A stretch of 64,000 nt of DNA from Anthoceros angustus (lineage: Eukaryota; Plantae; Anthocerotophyta): assembly GCA_010909165.1 (NCBI GenBank), contig VJWM01000289.1:61051-125050 (forward strand), written 5' to 3'. Both the position numbers and the translations under genes were made by a program. The notes under the pieces were generated by a model. The model made no database searches. It saw nothing but the letters and a program-made list of their open reading frames with translations, and was not told the DNA's origin. Below are positions 11,111-24,300 of this stretch, piece after piece; the stretch's first letter is position 1; every line of letters starts with the position of its first letter.

Positions 11111-13877
11111 TTGTGTTTCTTGGTGCATAGTTGCGAGATTCAACAATCTCGAACGAAGTGAGAAGTGTATCCTGAAGCGTTCTCATCGCCATCTGCCGGT
11201 CAGCGGATCTTGGGTGATTGTGGAGGAGTGCGAATCACTGTAAAGAATCATCAGCACGTTGCTTGATTATCAAGGTTCCCAGGTTGCTAGCTCTCACAAC
11301 AAAAGGCATGAGCGATCTGCTACGGCGCATAGCGGGCTTCCTAGAGCCGCAGTCAAAAACCGAACCAGGCTGATTTATTGACGAGCCTCGGCGGATTCAG
11401 AGCCATCCCGCAAGACTCACCAAAAGGATCGATTCCAATCCACGGCGCTTTGTTCTAATCCGCTCGGCTGATTTCAAGAGATCGACCATTCCTCGGCGGA
11501 TCCTGCAGCCACACGAAAAAGGCTTGCCGATGAGGAGCGATGAGTTTTCATGCTAAGCAAGGCTAGTCACTTGCATCAAGTGATCGGCATGTGCGCTTGC
11601 AGCCCGCTAGTCAATGGAATAGCGAGCCGTGAACACCCACCGTGCCGTGCAAGTGGTGGGAATCACGTGTTGTGCCAAAGACAAACATTGCGGTTGGAGG
11701 AACAAAGTCGGCCAGTTCCGAATTTCCAAGCTGCCAAAAACATGGACGGTGATACTATCTCATCAAGGCTGCGTGGCGGACGGATCCATGGCGAAGTGGA
11801 AGAAGCGGCTGATCCAGCTCCAGTGCGAGCCGAGCGTGGTGGGCGTGAAGACACGAGGAGCCTAGCGCAAGGGTGGAGTCGAAAGAAACCAAGACGACGA
11901 GGAAAAGTCAATCACCGCACAAGGTGCAACAAGAGTGGCGGAGGCGGGGAGTTTCAATGGACAGAGGGACGAACCTGTCACGGACACACACGAGCTTACA
12001 CCCGAGTTAGAGGAGCCTGCCGCTGAAGCTGGTCATGAGGGACGGCGTCCGGATCGAGAACATATGGGAGATCATGTTGCAGCAGAATTCCGAACCCGCA
12101 TAGAAGAAGCTGCTCAACAAATCCTGCAACGCACATTGGAGGAACAAAAATGCGCATGAGAGGTTAGTCGAGTTGCTTGCACAAAATCTTGAACGAGAAC
12201 AAGCACTGAGAGACATACTTGCTCAAGTGCTTCAAAGGCCAACCTCGGGACAAGAGAGCCATCGACCAGAAACGGCCTTGCCACAGGTCAACCACGATCA
12301 TAGAGGAAATGATGAGCCTGTCCCCAGTAATGTGAATGTGCACCCCGAGCCTGCAACAACCCCCAGCATATATCTGCTCAGCCTGCACAACCCACGATCG
12401 CGTCAGCGACAGCTCTTAAGCATTTCAGAGTTCAAGGTCTGGCACAAGACACTACTAGGAAAAGTATACTTTTACTAATTGCAGTTTTACAACAGGGGTG
12501 CATTTTACCACGACTGCCCATTTTACTACGTCACTTGAAGGCACCGTTTCAAGTCCATGTATTATTTTCAAGTATAGCCTCAATTTACTAACCCTCATTC
12601 CAACTTTATTATAGGCTTGTTTTGCCAAAGGCGCAACAGACGTGGCAAAACAAAAATGGATTTTACTACGGGCACTTGTTATTTACAATGAGCTTATGGG
12701 CGTTACAACGATGGCATGTTTGTTTACTACGGCCATCAATTTACTACAAGACTTTCTCCATTACAACGGGTTCTTTTACAACATGCCAATGGTATTTTAC
12801 AACATCCCATAGTTTACTACACACCGTAGGGTTTACAACAAGACCCTTTACGACTAGACACCCGTTTACAATGACTAATTTAGAATGGGTTTGATGATAA
12901 CCCACATCTTTTTACCCTAAAATGAAAAAAAGTAGAGGTAACCGGGTGGAATGGGATAGGTAGAGACGGGCTGAAAAATGCCTCTACGCTAAATGTCTTA
13001 TGGCGCTCGCAGCTCTATATAACACTTCTAAGCGTAGCGCAATCCGTCTTGGAAGACGCAACCTAAGTCTGGGCGGACTCTCCGAAAGGGCAATAATCTC
13101 CATCAAGCAACGCCCCATCTCCATGAGCCTCCTCTTGAAATCCACCGCCTCCGCCTGAGTTTGAAGCGCCATCAACCGGTCTGCAGCCTCGTCGGTCATG
13201 TGTGGGTCGCGCTCAGGAAGCCTTCGATCCGCCCAAGCGTGCTCCCACGTTAGCCGATAAATTTCCAGGCACTCTGCCGGCCAGCCATCCAAGTTCCTGG
13301 GATCACCTCCTCCAGACACTACTGAAGAAAGGCGGAATCTGTAGGAAGAGGCGCACCAGATTCGACGGCAATAATCCAGCCAGCAGCGCGCGCAATAAAG
13401 AGGAGGAACGGTTCAAATATGTGGCATGCGAGGCCGAATTCCTGGCATGCCAAGAGGCAGACACAATCCAATCCAATCCAATCGGTGGCTCTTGGACATA
13501 ATCGCCGCCGAGGGAGAGTGTTCCCGTCCTGCTAGATCAAGGATGAAATGCGGAGGAACTCACCGTTTGAAGCAAGACTAGGAGGATTTCGAGCACGGGC
13601 TTAACAACCTAGAGGAGCGGTGAATGAATTGTTCCGTATGTTGATTGCCGCCAGGATCGGGCCGATGTGCTGGGCAGCTCCAAAGGGCTCTTCTGAAAGT
13701 GTGGCAAGCAGAACTAGAGATAACCAAACACTAGCTCCGTCCTACAAACCAGTGACTTCTCTGGAAATGTTTCCAGAACCGTGGTTAATTATAGTGCTAT
13801 TCCAAATATATATGCTAGGTAGCATATATAGCCTAAAGTATCCTTGGTCTTCATCGCACAAATGATGCCACCGAGGA

Positions 13878-14011
13878 TTAGGGTTTGGGTCAAATTAACC
13901 TTGGCCTTCGAAAATCGAGTTGAATTTGTCGGATGAGGGTTAGGGTTTGGGTCAAATTAACCTTGGCCTTCGAAAATCGAGTTGAATATGTCGGATGAGG
14001 GTTAGGGTTTG
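13878..14011. repeat. 62-bp tandem unit (2 copies plus a partial third) carrying telo-box TAGGGTTT motifs
   Basis: TTAGGGTTTG starts at 13878, 13940 and 14002. Confidence 0.85.
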
Positions 14012-15126
14012 GTTAAAGTAACCTTGGGCTTCGGGATTCGCATGGAATATGCTGGCTTGAGGTCTAGGGTTCGGGTAAAGTCCTATTATCACCGATATCC
14101 AAGGAAGAAGAAGGCTATAAATGCAATGATAATGTGCTAATTCACCAAGCCATATCCAGGGTTTGAGCTCCATTCCCACCAGAGCAAAAACATCTTGCAA
14201 AAAACACGCACTGGCGAGTGCTGCGAAATTCCTGCTCAACCTAATGGCGGGAAGTCCTGACTATGAGTCATTTCCGCCGGCGTTTCACACCGCGGTCAAG
14301 GAGAGACGCTGTACAAGTGTATGGAAAACCCTTCGTCTCGTATCATGACTCAGAGAGGCAAGCCCGCACCAGAATCGCTGACGCCAGCCATGGCCGCCAC
14401 GCTAAACCCTGGAGATGGAGATGGAGGCAGCTAGTCGTCGAAGTCGCGCCAAGGAGAGTGCCTGCAGCTATCTTAGAAACTCAAGTGCTTTCGTTGTTCC
14501 AGCCAGATTTGGGCTCAAGGGTTGCAAGGATTGATGTTTCTGTGTCCCGCTGCAGTGCCAGGTGCGACTTACCCGACTCCAAGCTGCCTGGTGCAGGCAA
14601 CCCATCAACAAAGTCGTTCCCACGACTCCTAGAAACCTGCACGTGAGCAGATTTCATGTCACTTCGACGACTAACTGCGAGACCTGAGTGCGTCTGGGCT
14701 TAGGGGAGGTGGCTACGCACCCACAGCAAGGCACCACCTCCCCGCCTCACTAGCCGCAGCAGCGTTGCAGCCACAGCAACGCTGATCCAACAAGTTTGGG
14801 GTTTCCAACCTTCCAGGGTCATAGCGCCCGCGTTACAGGTCGGTTGCCGTTGATTCTTATACCAAACTGCTCGCCTTGATGAGGCGAGTCTAATGGTATA
14901 CTGTGTGTCCAATTTGGAGCCCTATCCAGGGACTGATTGCGTTTGAAAGTTTCGAACAGCAGGGTTTTGCTCTTGCTGCATTTGCTTTGATTTTCAATCT
15001 GGCATCACGAGTGAGCGAGGCCGTGTGCTGCAAGCTTTGCATGTGAGCTGGAGTTTTGCTGTGCTGTGTTTCTCAATCCTAGGGCAGACATAGGGGACCG
15101 TAGGTGCTGCCGCATGATCAAAGCAG

Positions 15127-15562
15127 TTGTACTTTCTATTTTGTGCTGGGGAGGAGGGTGCCATGAAGAGGGTGAAGGATACAGGTAGCAATACCTACAC
15201 ATGCTTTGGCCATGGGGGGCAGCGTGGTTTTCTGGATAGGTTCAGAGGAATGTTTGGGAGGGAGCCAACCGTGGATGAGATCAGAGCTGTTGGTACAGTT
15301 CACGGAAATTGGCTGGTGAAGCTGCGAGCGTTTTGGATGAATTCCAAAATCACAAGTCCTGCTTTGGGTCCACAGGTTAACTCACAGGGGGGGATTGACA
15401 CTGCTATTAACGTGTGGAACCTGTTGGTTGAGGCAGGTTACCCAACCGATGAATGCGATGGCAAGGTCATGGATGCCATCATAAAAAAAATGTCTTAGAC
15501 GATGGGTGGATGGTAGGGCACTACCTTCCCAAAGTAAAGGATGCTGAGGAAGTCTCAGCATG
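15127..15562 (+). pseudogene. Possible TnpA-like (Ptta/En/Spm, PF03004-like) fragment inside the CACTA element
   Basis: YTCFGHGGQRGFLDRFRGMFGREPTVDEI resembles the H..G..F....GREP motif of En/Spm TnpA-like proteins as I recall it. Partial copies occur at 32100-32250 and 34050-34234. Confidence 0.4.
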
Positions 15563-18500
15563 ATTAAGGTTAGAGGCTGATGCTGTTGCTTTCATCATTT
15601 CCATGTTCCATGATTTGTCTGAAATTTCTTGTTCCAGGACCTCATATTTTGGGTGTGTAAATTTTCTGTAGGATGCCTGGTTTTCTAAGGGCAATGCCAT
15701 GGATTTGGCCGGCTAGCTGGAGAGGACAACTCTTGTTTTTTGAATACACAGAAGGGGCGGAATTGCAGGTGTATGACGCTCTGATGATGTAGCCTGGGTC
15801 TGCAAACAGTGGTTTGGTCGAACTGTCCTCCCTCACTCCCTCCTCCCCTACATCCTATCCCCTGCCTACCCTCCCTCCTCTCCCCTCCCTCCCCTCCCTT
15901 CCCTCCCTCCCTCCCCACTTATGAAATTGACAACACCGGTTATGAATCTGCATACACTTTGCAGCCAATCTTTTGCTACGTTCCATTTACTACAGGGAGT
16001 CCACTACTAAACATTTCACTACGAACTTTTACTATAGAATTCTACTACAAGCTTTTACTGTAGAATTTTACTTCGGACTTTTAACCATAGAATTTTACAA
16101 CATACTTTTACTATAGAATTTTACTCCGTATGTTAACTACACTGTTTACTACAGGATTTTACTACGAATATTTACTATAAAATATTACTACAGGGTCTTT
16201 TTCTACAACGAGAGATTTACAACGGAACCCAGCGGGAATTTACAACGGAGCTGTCGGATTACTTAACCGTGATTAATTAACTATGGTCAATATATGATTA
16301 ACCAAACCCACTCATTTAATTGCAGTTAATATACTGTAGTTAGCTAATCTCGGTTAACTAACCATGATTTTTAACCACGATTAGGCCAGTAGTAAAGTCC
16401 GTGGTTGTTTGATGTAGTAAATACCGTGGTAAAAGGTTGGTAATTTAAAGAGTAACTAGTATATGGTAGACTTCATTAACATACTCTGTACATACTCCGT
16501 ATAGAATACAGAGTATAGCCATCATATACGATGTACTGGACTTTACCACGGACACTAACGCTATGTGATTACTACTGACATTTTACTACGGGAGTAGTAA
16601 AACCCGTTGTAAAGTCCGTAGTAATGTCCGTGGTAAAAGTACACTTTTCCTAGTAGTGAGAAGAGCAGGAGGATCCCAAAATAGTGGAAATTGCAAGGAG
16701 ATTGCAAGTAGCAAGGCATGCAAGAGCTCAGACTCAAGCGGTAGCCGAGCTAGCTGTCAAGGAAAGCTTGCTTTCGATGAGGACTGAGCCATCCAGAACG
16801 ACACTGAGGAAGCCAAGTTGAAGTTTTGAGTCGGGACACCGAGCAAGCAGGAGTGGGCATGGCATTCTCGACCTACCAAGCAAAGGAGTATGATGAAAAG
16901 AAGGTTGATTTCAGCCCATTACACCGCCACTTGGCGGGCGTGGTGGGACAATGTAAAGGAAGCAGCAAAAGAGGAGACAAGCCTACCATCCAATCTTGGG
17001 ATGTCATGAAGTCAGCTGCTGCAGACCTTTTGCCCAAGGATCACAAAGAAAGGTGTTGGTCAAAGATGGTAATGCAGCGTTGAAGCACACGGAGCACTGG
17101 AAGACTTTCACCTTGCATTCATGAAGGCAATGTTAAAGCGATCTCGAGCAAGAAGCAAAATTGGCAAAATCTGCGATGCGATCAAACCCGAATACAAGCT
17201 CGGGATTAAGCGGCATTATAAGATGTGGAGGAAGCTATGCAAGCGACCATGGACATCGAGCACTACGGTGTGAAGGCCCACGCATCGGTCCAGCCTCATC
17301 GCCACAAACAACGTAATTACTCACAAATTTGAGTGAAATACCACGCTGCTCCCACATGGAAGCCAAGAGCTGAACCTGCAAGGCCAGTCGCACAAATGAG
17401 TCGGCAAGGAGAATTAAATCCCATCGAATTCAGGCAGCGAAGTGATGGAGAGAAAAAAGAATTCATGGCCAAAGGGCTTTGCTTCATATGTGCAGAGCCG
17501 AATCATTTGGCTAGAGGCTGCCCTTACAACAGCATGTATGGTAAGTGGCTGAGAGCCACCAGAAATAATGGAGCAACTCCTGGGCATGCCGTTGCCAAAG
17601 TTAATGCTTGCACAAGAGTGCAGCCCGAATCAAGTGATGAGCTGCACAGCCTGCACATCGAGAGCAACCCAAGTCAGATGGTTGTAAAGAATGGCGCCGA
17701 GAAGAGGGCTGGAAAAACCAAGACCCGCAAGGTGAGACTTACGAACATCTTAAGCACCACCCATATTGATGGCATGTTGGGTGGCGAGACGTGTCCTTTC
17801 TCATTGATGGAGGCTCAACACACGATTATGTGCAGGCGTGAGCAGATGCACCGGTGTCAAGTGGTTTTGCAAGGAAATGGAACAATACATGAAGTTAGCC
17901 AATGGAGCCATCGAAAGAGTAAACATGCACGAAATCCAAGTGACATCTCCTTTCAAGGGTATGAAGATGTGTCGGCTCAAGTCCTAGATGCCTTTGTCAC
18001 ATGAAGTCTTGTTAGGACAGGATTGGCTATGGCAGCTTGACCCCGAAATATCATTCAGGAGGCATGAAATGACGTTGAGCTGGAAAGGAGAGAGGGTGGC
18101 GGTCAAGGGCTCTCACCAACGTCCAGGCATCAAGCTCTTTTCAGCCAGATCTGCAAGGAAGGCCATCAAAGCTGGAACGTTGGAGTATACTGCCTTCTTG
18201 TTCAGCTGCTAGAACGTAGAGCAAGAGCCTACAAGCTTGCACAAGCAGCGGATGTACGAACCACCCAGTCAGATCAAAAGAAAGAACGAGGAACCCCAAG
18301 AGCTGAAGGAAATTTTGGAGCAGTTCAAAGACGTTTTTGAGGAGACACAAGGATTGCCACCAAGACGTGATGTGGATCATGCAATAGATCTCATCCACGA
18401 GCCAAACCTGGCCCGTCCTATAGACTAGCACCACCAGAGAACTTCGGTGCAAGGCGCAGTGACGACCTTTTGAAGAAAGGCCTCATAGAGGAGTCTGTCC

Positions 18501-21349
18501 CCATCGCAGCTCCAGTCTTGATTGTCAAGCACGAATGGCAAAGTGCGCATGTGCATAGACTACAGGGTTGAACGCTTCCACGGTGAAGAATCGGTTTGAT
18601 GCGCGATCAAGAAATATTGGATAATCTTGTCGGAGCCCAGGTGTTTAGCAAGGTGGATCTGCAGAGCGGTTCCATCAAATCCGCATCAAGGCCGGGGACG
18701 AATTCAAATCCGCCTTCAGAACACTGTACGGGCACTATCAGTTCCTTGTCTTGCCTTTTGGTATGACCAACGCTCCTGCAAGCTTTACAACTTTGATGAC
18801 CAAGATTTTGAGGCCGTACCTGGGCAAGTTCGTGGAAGTATTTGTGGACGATATTCTGGTGTACTCTGCCAATGCTGCAGACCACAAACAAGACTCACAT
18901 TAGGCCGATGACTTTGAGAGAGCATGTCGCTTTTTGCTAGAAGAAAGAAGTGCGAATTCAGCCAGCAAGGTGCATTATCCGGGCTTCATAGTATCCGCCG
19001 GTGTAGAAGTTGACCCGAGAAGGTGCAAGCTATTCAGATTGGCCACCGCCCGAATCTCACGAGATGCGGTTCACAGGCATGTGTGCAAATGAAGTCCTTC
19101 ATACCTCAATATGCAAAGGCGGCCGTTCCACGACCGACATGCAAGCTTGCAAAATTCCCCATGTCGATACAGAGGTGATTCGAAACTTGAAAGAGGCAAT
19201 TGCGTGCGTTGTTCTTACATTGCTGCATGAAGAAGCCATTCGTGAGAACAGACGCCTCGACTTTGCATTAGGAGCGATCGAAGAAGGAAGAGCATCGATT
19301 ACTTGTCCAGAAATTGCAAGGGCGAGCTCAACTACACCACACACGACAAGGAGCTTCTAGCGCGGTGTATGCATTAAAAGCACGGAGACATTACGCATGG
19401 GAGTGAGTTTGTTGTGTACACGAATCAAAGTTCGAGCATTTTACAAGCAGCCCTTGCTCAACCCTCGACAAAGGAGATGGGTCACGGCGACACTTCCACA
19501 TGACAATCTCATATTGCCGCAAGCCAATTTGATTGCGAGATGCTTTGAGCGGATGCAACGCAATGCTGAAAGTAGAGTCAGACACCTGGAGAGCGGTTCG
19601 GGAGAACACTCCGCAAGATGAGTATCTAAGTGATGTGTTGACAAAGCTAGAAGGCAGTCTCATCACTAGTAGGCCCACGCAACTCGGCGACAAGTTCAAG
19701 GTGCACCAAGGGTGCTTGTACAGAAAAGGCAAGTTGTGCATACCGCAACCGTGGACCTCAAAGCAGCTCTTTTGCATGATGCGCACGACGCCCCACCGGA
19801 CACATGGGAATAGATAAGTCTTATCAGCGCCTGAAACAGCATGTGTGGTGGAAACAAATGAGGACAGAATGTGTCAAGCATGTGAAGGAGTGCCTACCAT
19901 GTCGAGACCAAGTTCGAGCAAGCCACTGGTCTGCTCATGCCACTCCAAGTTCCAGAGATGAAATGGCAAAGCATGGCTTGCGACTTTGTCACCTGCTTGC
20001 CCAAGACCAGGAAGGGACATGATGCCATCTCGGTCTGCATCGATAGGGTCACCAAGCTAGCTCATTTTATTCCCGTGAAGGGAAGCATCAAAGCCAAACA
20101 GCTAGCGCCAATCTTCATCAAAGAGGTGGTCAGATTGCATGGAGTGCCCCAAGAGATCATATCAGACAGAGATTCGAAGTTCACTTCCGAGTTCTGGTCT
20201 GCCTTCTGCAAGACACTCGGAATCAAGCAAGGGATGAGCACTGCATATCATGCACAGACTGATGGAGCAAGTGAGAAGATGAATCAAACAATGGAAGATT
20301 TGCTTAGGCCCTACTGTCACGACAAGCAAGGAAGCTAGGAAGACATGCTACCACTGGTGGAATTCGCTTACAACTCAGCAAGACACTGTACAACGGGATA
20401 CTCTCCTTTCAAGATGACCTACTGCTGCAACATTCCACCGCCTGGACTTTGGCCCGTGTTGCAGGGAGTTCCGAAAGCCTTAACTGAGCTTAGCGAAGAA
20501 ATGCGAGAAACCCTTGCAGACGCTGTCCAACGAATGAGAGCCATCAACCAGCAGAGGTCGACACATGCAAACAAAAAATGGCGAGATGAGCAACATGAAG
20601 TCGGACCGGTATGGTTAAGAGTGCAAAGCAGGTATTCTAAGCTGCAAGAGGGCAAAGCCAAGCTGTCCTAAAGGTATGTGGGCCCGTTTTGTGTCACAAG
20701 GAAAATTTCACCGTGAGTATATCGCCTTGACATGCTACGGGATCCGCAAGAGCTTCCACGTTTCCTTGCTAAAGAGGTTTGTGGTGCTGCCCCAACCCAG
20801 CAATTTTAAAGACTCAGGAGAGGAGAGTGAGACCGTCAAGCGCGAGTTCCAAAGAATCGGGCGGATGCAACCTCCCAAGAGCTCGTAGCTGCTAGTAAGA
20901 AGGGGAGGATGCGGAGCGAACCAAGCCAAAACGCAGGAGTTTCAAAAGCGGCGACAAGCTAATCTTCCACCACCGCTATTCGACAGAGAGGTGCATGGAA
21001 GAAGCATCAAGGAGTACCGTCACCGGGAGAGTGACCATGGAGAAGAACCCAGCTGGGAGACTCAGGCTTTCGTCGATATGTTCCGACATTTAAACAAGTC
21101 TGAAGAACGTGACGAAGAGCAATGTCTTCATAGTCCCGTTCAGAGGGAAGGGATGATGCCACGGCCAGCTATCGCCGTGAGCCAGAAGAGAAGCTCAACG
21201 AAGGATCGACACCGATCGGGCCCGATGAGGCTGGCATACAGTAAGCCGTCGGTGGTGGGGATGGGATTGCCTGGTTCCGGCCGGGCTCATGGCTGCCCTA
21301 AGCCCCGACAGGGCGCCTAATCGGATGATCCAGGCGGGCCTGTGGACTA

Positions 21350-24300
21350 CGGACTTCCACAGGGGTGAGAAATTAGGTAGGGTTTTGTTTTTGTAGGAGT
21401 AAAGGATAAAATGAGGCGAAAAAGGGAAATAAGCACGGTTAGCACTCGGACGGCACTCGGAGTATACTCCGGACTGAGTGAACGCACTAGGCCTACGATG
21501 GCGTATAGCAACGGATAAGTCCGGACCCACTCCTGTGACCCGGTGATAAGTACGCCGGAAAGTAACTTAGAAGTTGGGCGTAGGGCGGACTAAGCGGCCA
21601 CGTGGGCGACCACAGTGGAGGCGGGCATGCGCCGGTCAGACCGTAACCTTGCGAGGCCGTTATAGCGGTATTCACGCCCCGCGGACTACGGACTTTGGGC
21701 TCTGGCTCCGAGGCGAGAGGACAGCGGCGGCGTAGGGCGAGTAAGCCATGCGGACCTCAGCGATTCTGGACGAGGAAGAGGCGCCCTCAGCCCGGTTACT
21801 CCGGCGTGGTCGCGGAAGAAGGTCATTTCGCTGCGACCTCGAGACAATTCGCGATCTCTTGCGCTCCATGATCCGGCTCTGGCGGTATCTCGTGGGACAC
21901 TCGGGCGTCTTGGCGGCTCACCGTTGAGGTCGGAGGAGGAGAAGGCGAAGGAAGGCGAACGCGTGCCAGCCTCACAAGCGAAGAACCAAGGAGGAGAAGG
22001 CGATGGCACCCAAAAGCCAGCGGAAGTTTGGGAGCCATGGAACCTTGTGGAGCGCAACATTGTGACCGGCGCTATCCGGACTTTGGGCTCTGGCTCCGAG
22101 GCGGGAGTGGCATTTGGATGTGTTCGGATAGTGCGGACATTTGATGTCACTCTGGTCGGGAGTTTGCCCGGAGGGCGGTCAATAAGGAGGTGCGGTCCAA
22201 GAACCTCCGGGAGGACCAAGGCGATGGACCTTGGAGGTCTGAGGCGGCCTACAACCGCCCAAGGAGGAAGAGGGGAGTGCCGAGCCCTCAAGGCGAAGGG
22301 AAGATAGGGCCGACCACAGCGATGCTAAGGCACAGGGCATAGCGGACCCTGTGGTTGGGCGATATCCGACTGTTGGACGGTCGAGTCGAGGCGGCCCGGA
22401 TCATTGTCCATCGAACCTACTCACCAAGGTGGATCACCTTGGTGATAATCTATTGCTGTTCCCGCACGCCGCAGGGGAAGAGGCGAAGGATTATCTTCGC
22501 CGGTTTAGCGAGGCTCATAGCTCGGGGCCAGAAGCCTTCGCCATCAGGCATCCCCATACGATCCATGTATGGGGCATTTGAACTCCTCAAGGAAGGAGCT
22601 TGGCTCGGAAAGGGAGGAGGCCTAGGAAGTGGAGGCGGGCAAGGCGGAGGAGGAGGCGGTCGTCGAAACCAAGCGGACTCGGGAGGAGGAGGCGGAGGAG
22701 GATTCCGGACTCCATACGTGGGGCGGACCCCTCACCACCCGAAGTATGGGAAGCAATTCCGCCTCCCTCCTTGGTGCCCCAACCCAGCGGCCGATCGGCG
22801 AGGCGGCCCGGCCAGCCCCCGGCCATCACTCGGTGAGGCCCAGCCGGACGGAGGCCGAAGGCCAAGACCACGGCTGGCAGCGGCACCCGGTCGGTGCAGT
22901 ACCTCTTCCCTGCGGAGTGGAGCGGAGGAAGCGATGGGAGGCGAGAAAGGGGCCGCCGAGGCGAGAGGACAGCGGCGGCCGCATCGAGCGGTCACATCGC
23001 GGGGAAGGGCAAAAGGCGTGCTCCGGACTCCATCACCTCGAGCCCAGGAGAAGAGGCGGAGAAGGGCTCATGACCAAAAGGGCCAAGGAGGAAGCTCGGC
23101 CTCGGGACCTAAGGGTCTGATTGGGTCGGAGGAGTCCGGACTTACTCGGCTGCGGTATGGAGGTCCTTGGCCGGACCGTGAGATCCGGCTCACTACGGAC
23201 TTTGTGGGAGCCTCACCGGCGGCGGCCGTGGAAGAAACACGGCGGGTCACAGCTACCGTCATGGGTATGCTCACAGGAATGCATGCGGGATGGCGAGACC
23301 CGGTGGAAGCCACCGGGCGCATGGTACTCCTCGGGAGGCGGTTGGAGGAGCCGAGGCGAGAAGGAAGCTCTCGGCGGATTGAGGAAGGAAGCGCGGAGGC
23401 GGAGAGGAGTCTGGTCCATCCGCAGGGCCGGACCAAATTCCTTCAGTGGAGGAGGAAGCGATGGGAGGCGAAAGGCCCAGCGGGCGGAGGACCTCGGGAG
23501 GCGGAGGAAGCGATGGGAGGCGAAGGGCCTTGGGCGCAGCGAGGCAGGCGGGATCGGAGGCGGCCGTGGACGAGCCAAGGCTGGAGGCTCGGTGAAGGTG
23601 GCCAGGAGGCGGAGGCCCGGCGAGGCCGATCGCGATCACTATCGGCGTGATCGGGCCGGTGGAGGAGGCGGAGGCCCACAGCCAATCAGAGGCAGTGGCC
23701 AGACAAGCACGGTCGAGCCGTGAGGAGGCGGAGGCCGGCACGGGAGATTGGGGACCTCGAGTGCAGTAGGAGGTAGAAGGCGGCGGAGGCTGGAGCAACA
23801 AGGACACCTTGGGTTGCAACTCCAAGATGCATCGGGCGGGGGTTCTCAGCGAGAGAATCCAAGACTTGACGAGGTGGGCGCCTCCGGCTCCTTGAAGCGG
23901 AGGAGAATAGGCGGCAGTGCAAGGAGTTCGGCGTCGCAAGGTTGCGAGGATGTGGAGGAAGCCGAGTCGGACGGGGATCTGCCGCTGGAGAAGGAAGTGG
24001 AGGACCTCGGGAAAGAATAGGCGGAGGAGGAGGAGGAGGCCGGGAGGCGGAGGAGGAGGCCGGGAGGCGGAGGCGGCCGTGGACGAGCCTGGAGGCTCGG
24101 TGAAGGTGGCCAGGAGGCGGAGGCCCGGCGAGGCGATCGCGATCACTATCGGCGTGATCGGGCCGGTGGAGGAGGCGGCCGAGGCACCAATCGAAGGCCG
24201 AGCAAGTGGCCGCGGAGCAAGCAGTCGGCCGTGAGGAGGAGGCCGGCACCGGGAGATTGGGGACCTCGAGTGCAGTGCGGGAGGTAGAAGAGGCGGCGGA

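Larger units (their letters stand above)
12450..16658. mobile_element. Non-autonomous CACTA (En/Spm) DNA transposon, 4.2 kb
   Basis: Left TIR CACTACTAGGAAAAGTATACTTTTAC at 12450. The right end ..GTAAAAGTACACTTTTCCTAGTAGTG at 16658 has one mismatch. The 3-bp TSD AGA lies at 12447-12449 and 16659-16661. TTTAC(T/A)AC subterminal repeats occur at both ends. No TnpD/DDE transposase was recognised. Confidence 0.95.
10720..21153 (+). mobile_element. Chromoviral Ty3/gypsy retrotransposon (gag-PR-RT-RH-INT-chromodomain), frameshifted, with gag interrupted by a CACTA element
   Basis: Zn knuckle CFICAEPNHLARGC (~17480), protease-like LIDGGSTHDYV (~17805), RT FVEVFVDDILVYS (~18830), INT WQSMACDFV..GVPQEIISDRDSKFTS..AYHAQTDGASE, SFHVSLLK, chromodomain-like IKEY..EEPSWE (~21000-21060), PPT-like GAGGGAAGGGA then TG at 21154. 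A matching LTR pair was not found and the 5' limit is approximate. Confidence 0.85.

Noticed and set aside
18828-18866. RT motif FVDD as a novel catalytic variant
   Set aside because: F-x-DD variants such as FIDD are common in plant gypsy RTs.
10700-21350. Matching LTR pair and TSD for the chromovirus
   Set aside because: The sequence after the PPT (21154 onward) does not match 10.7-11.5 kb, and no PBS was recognised.
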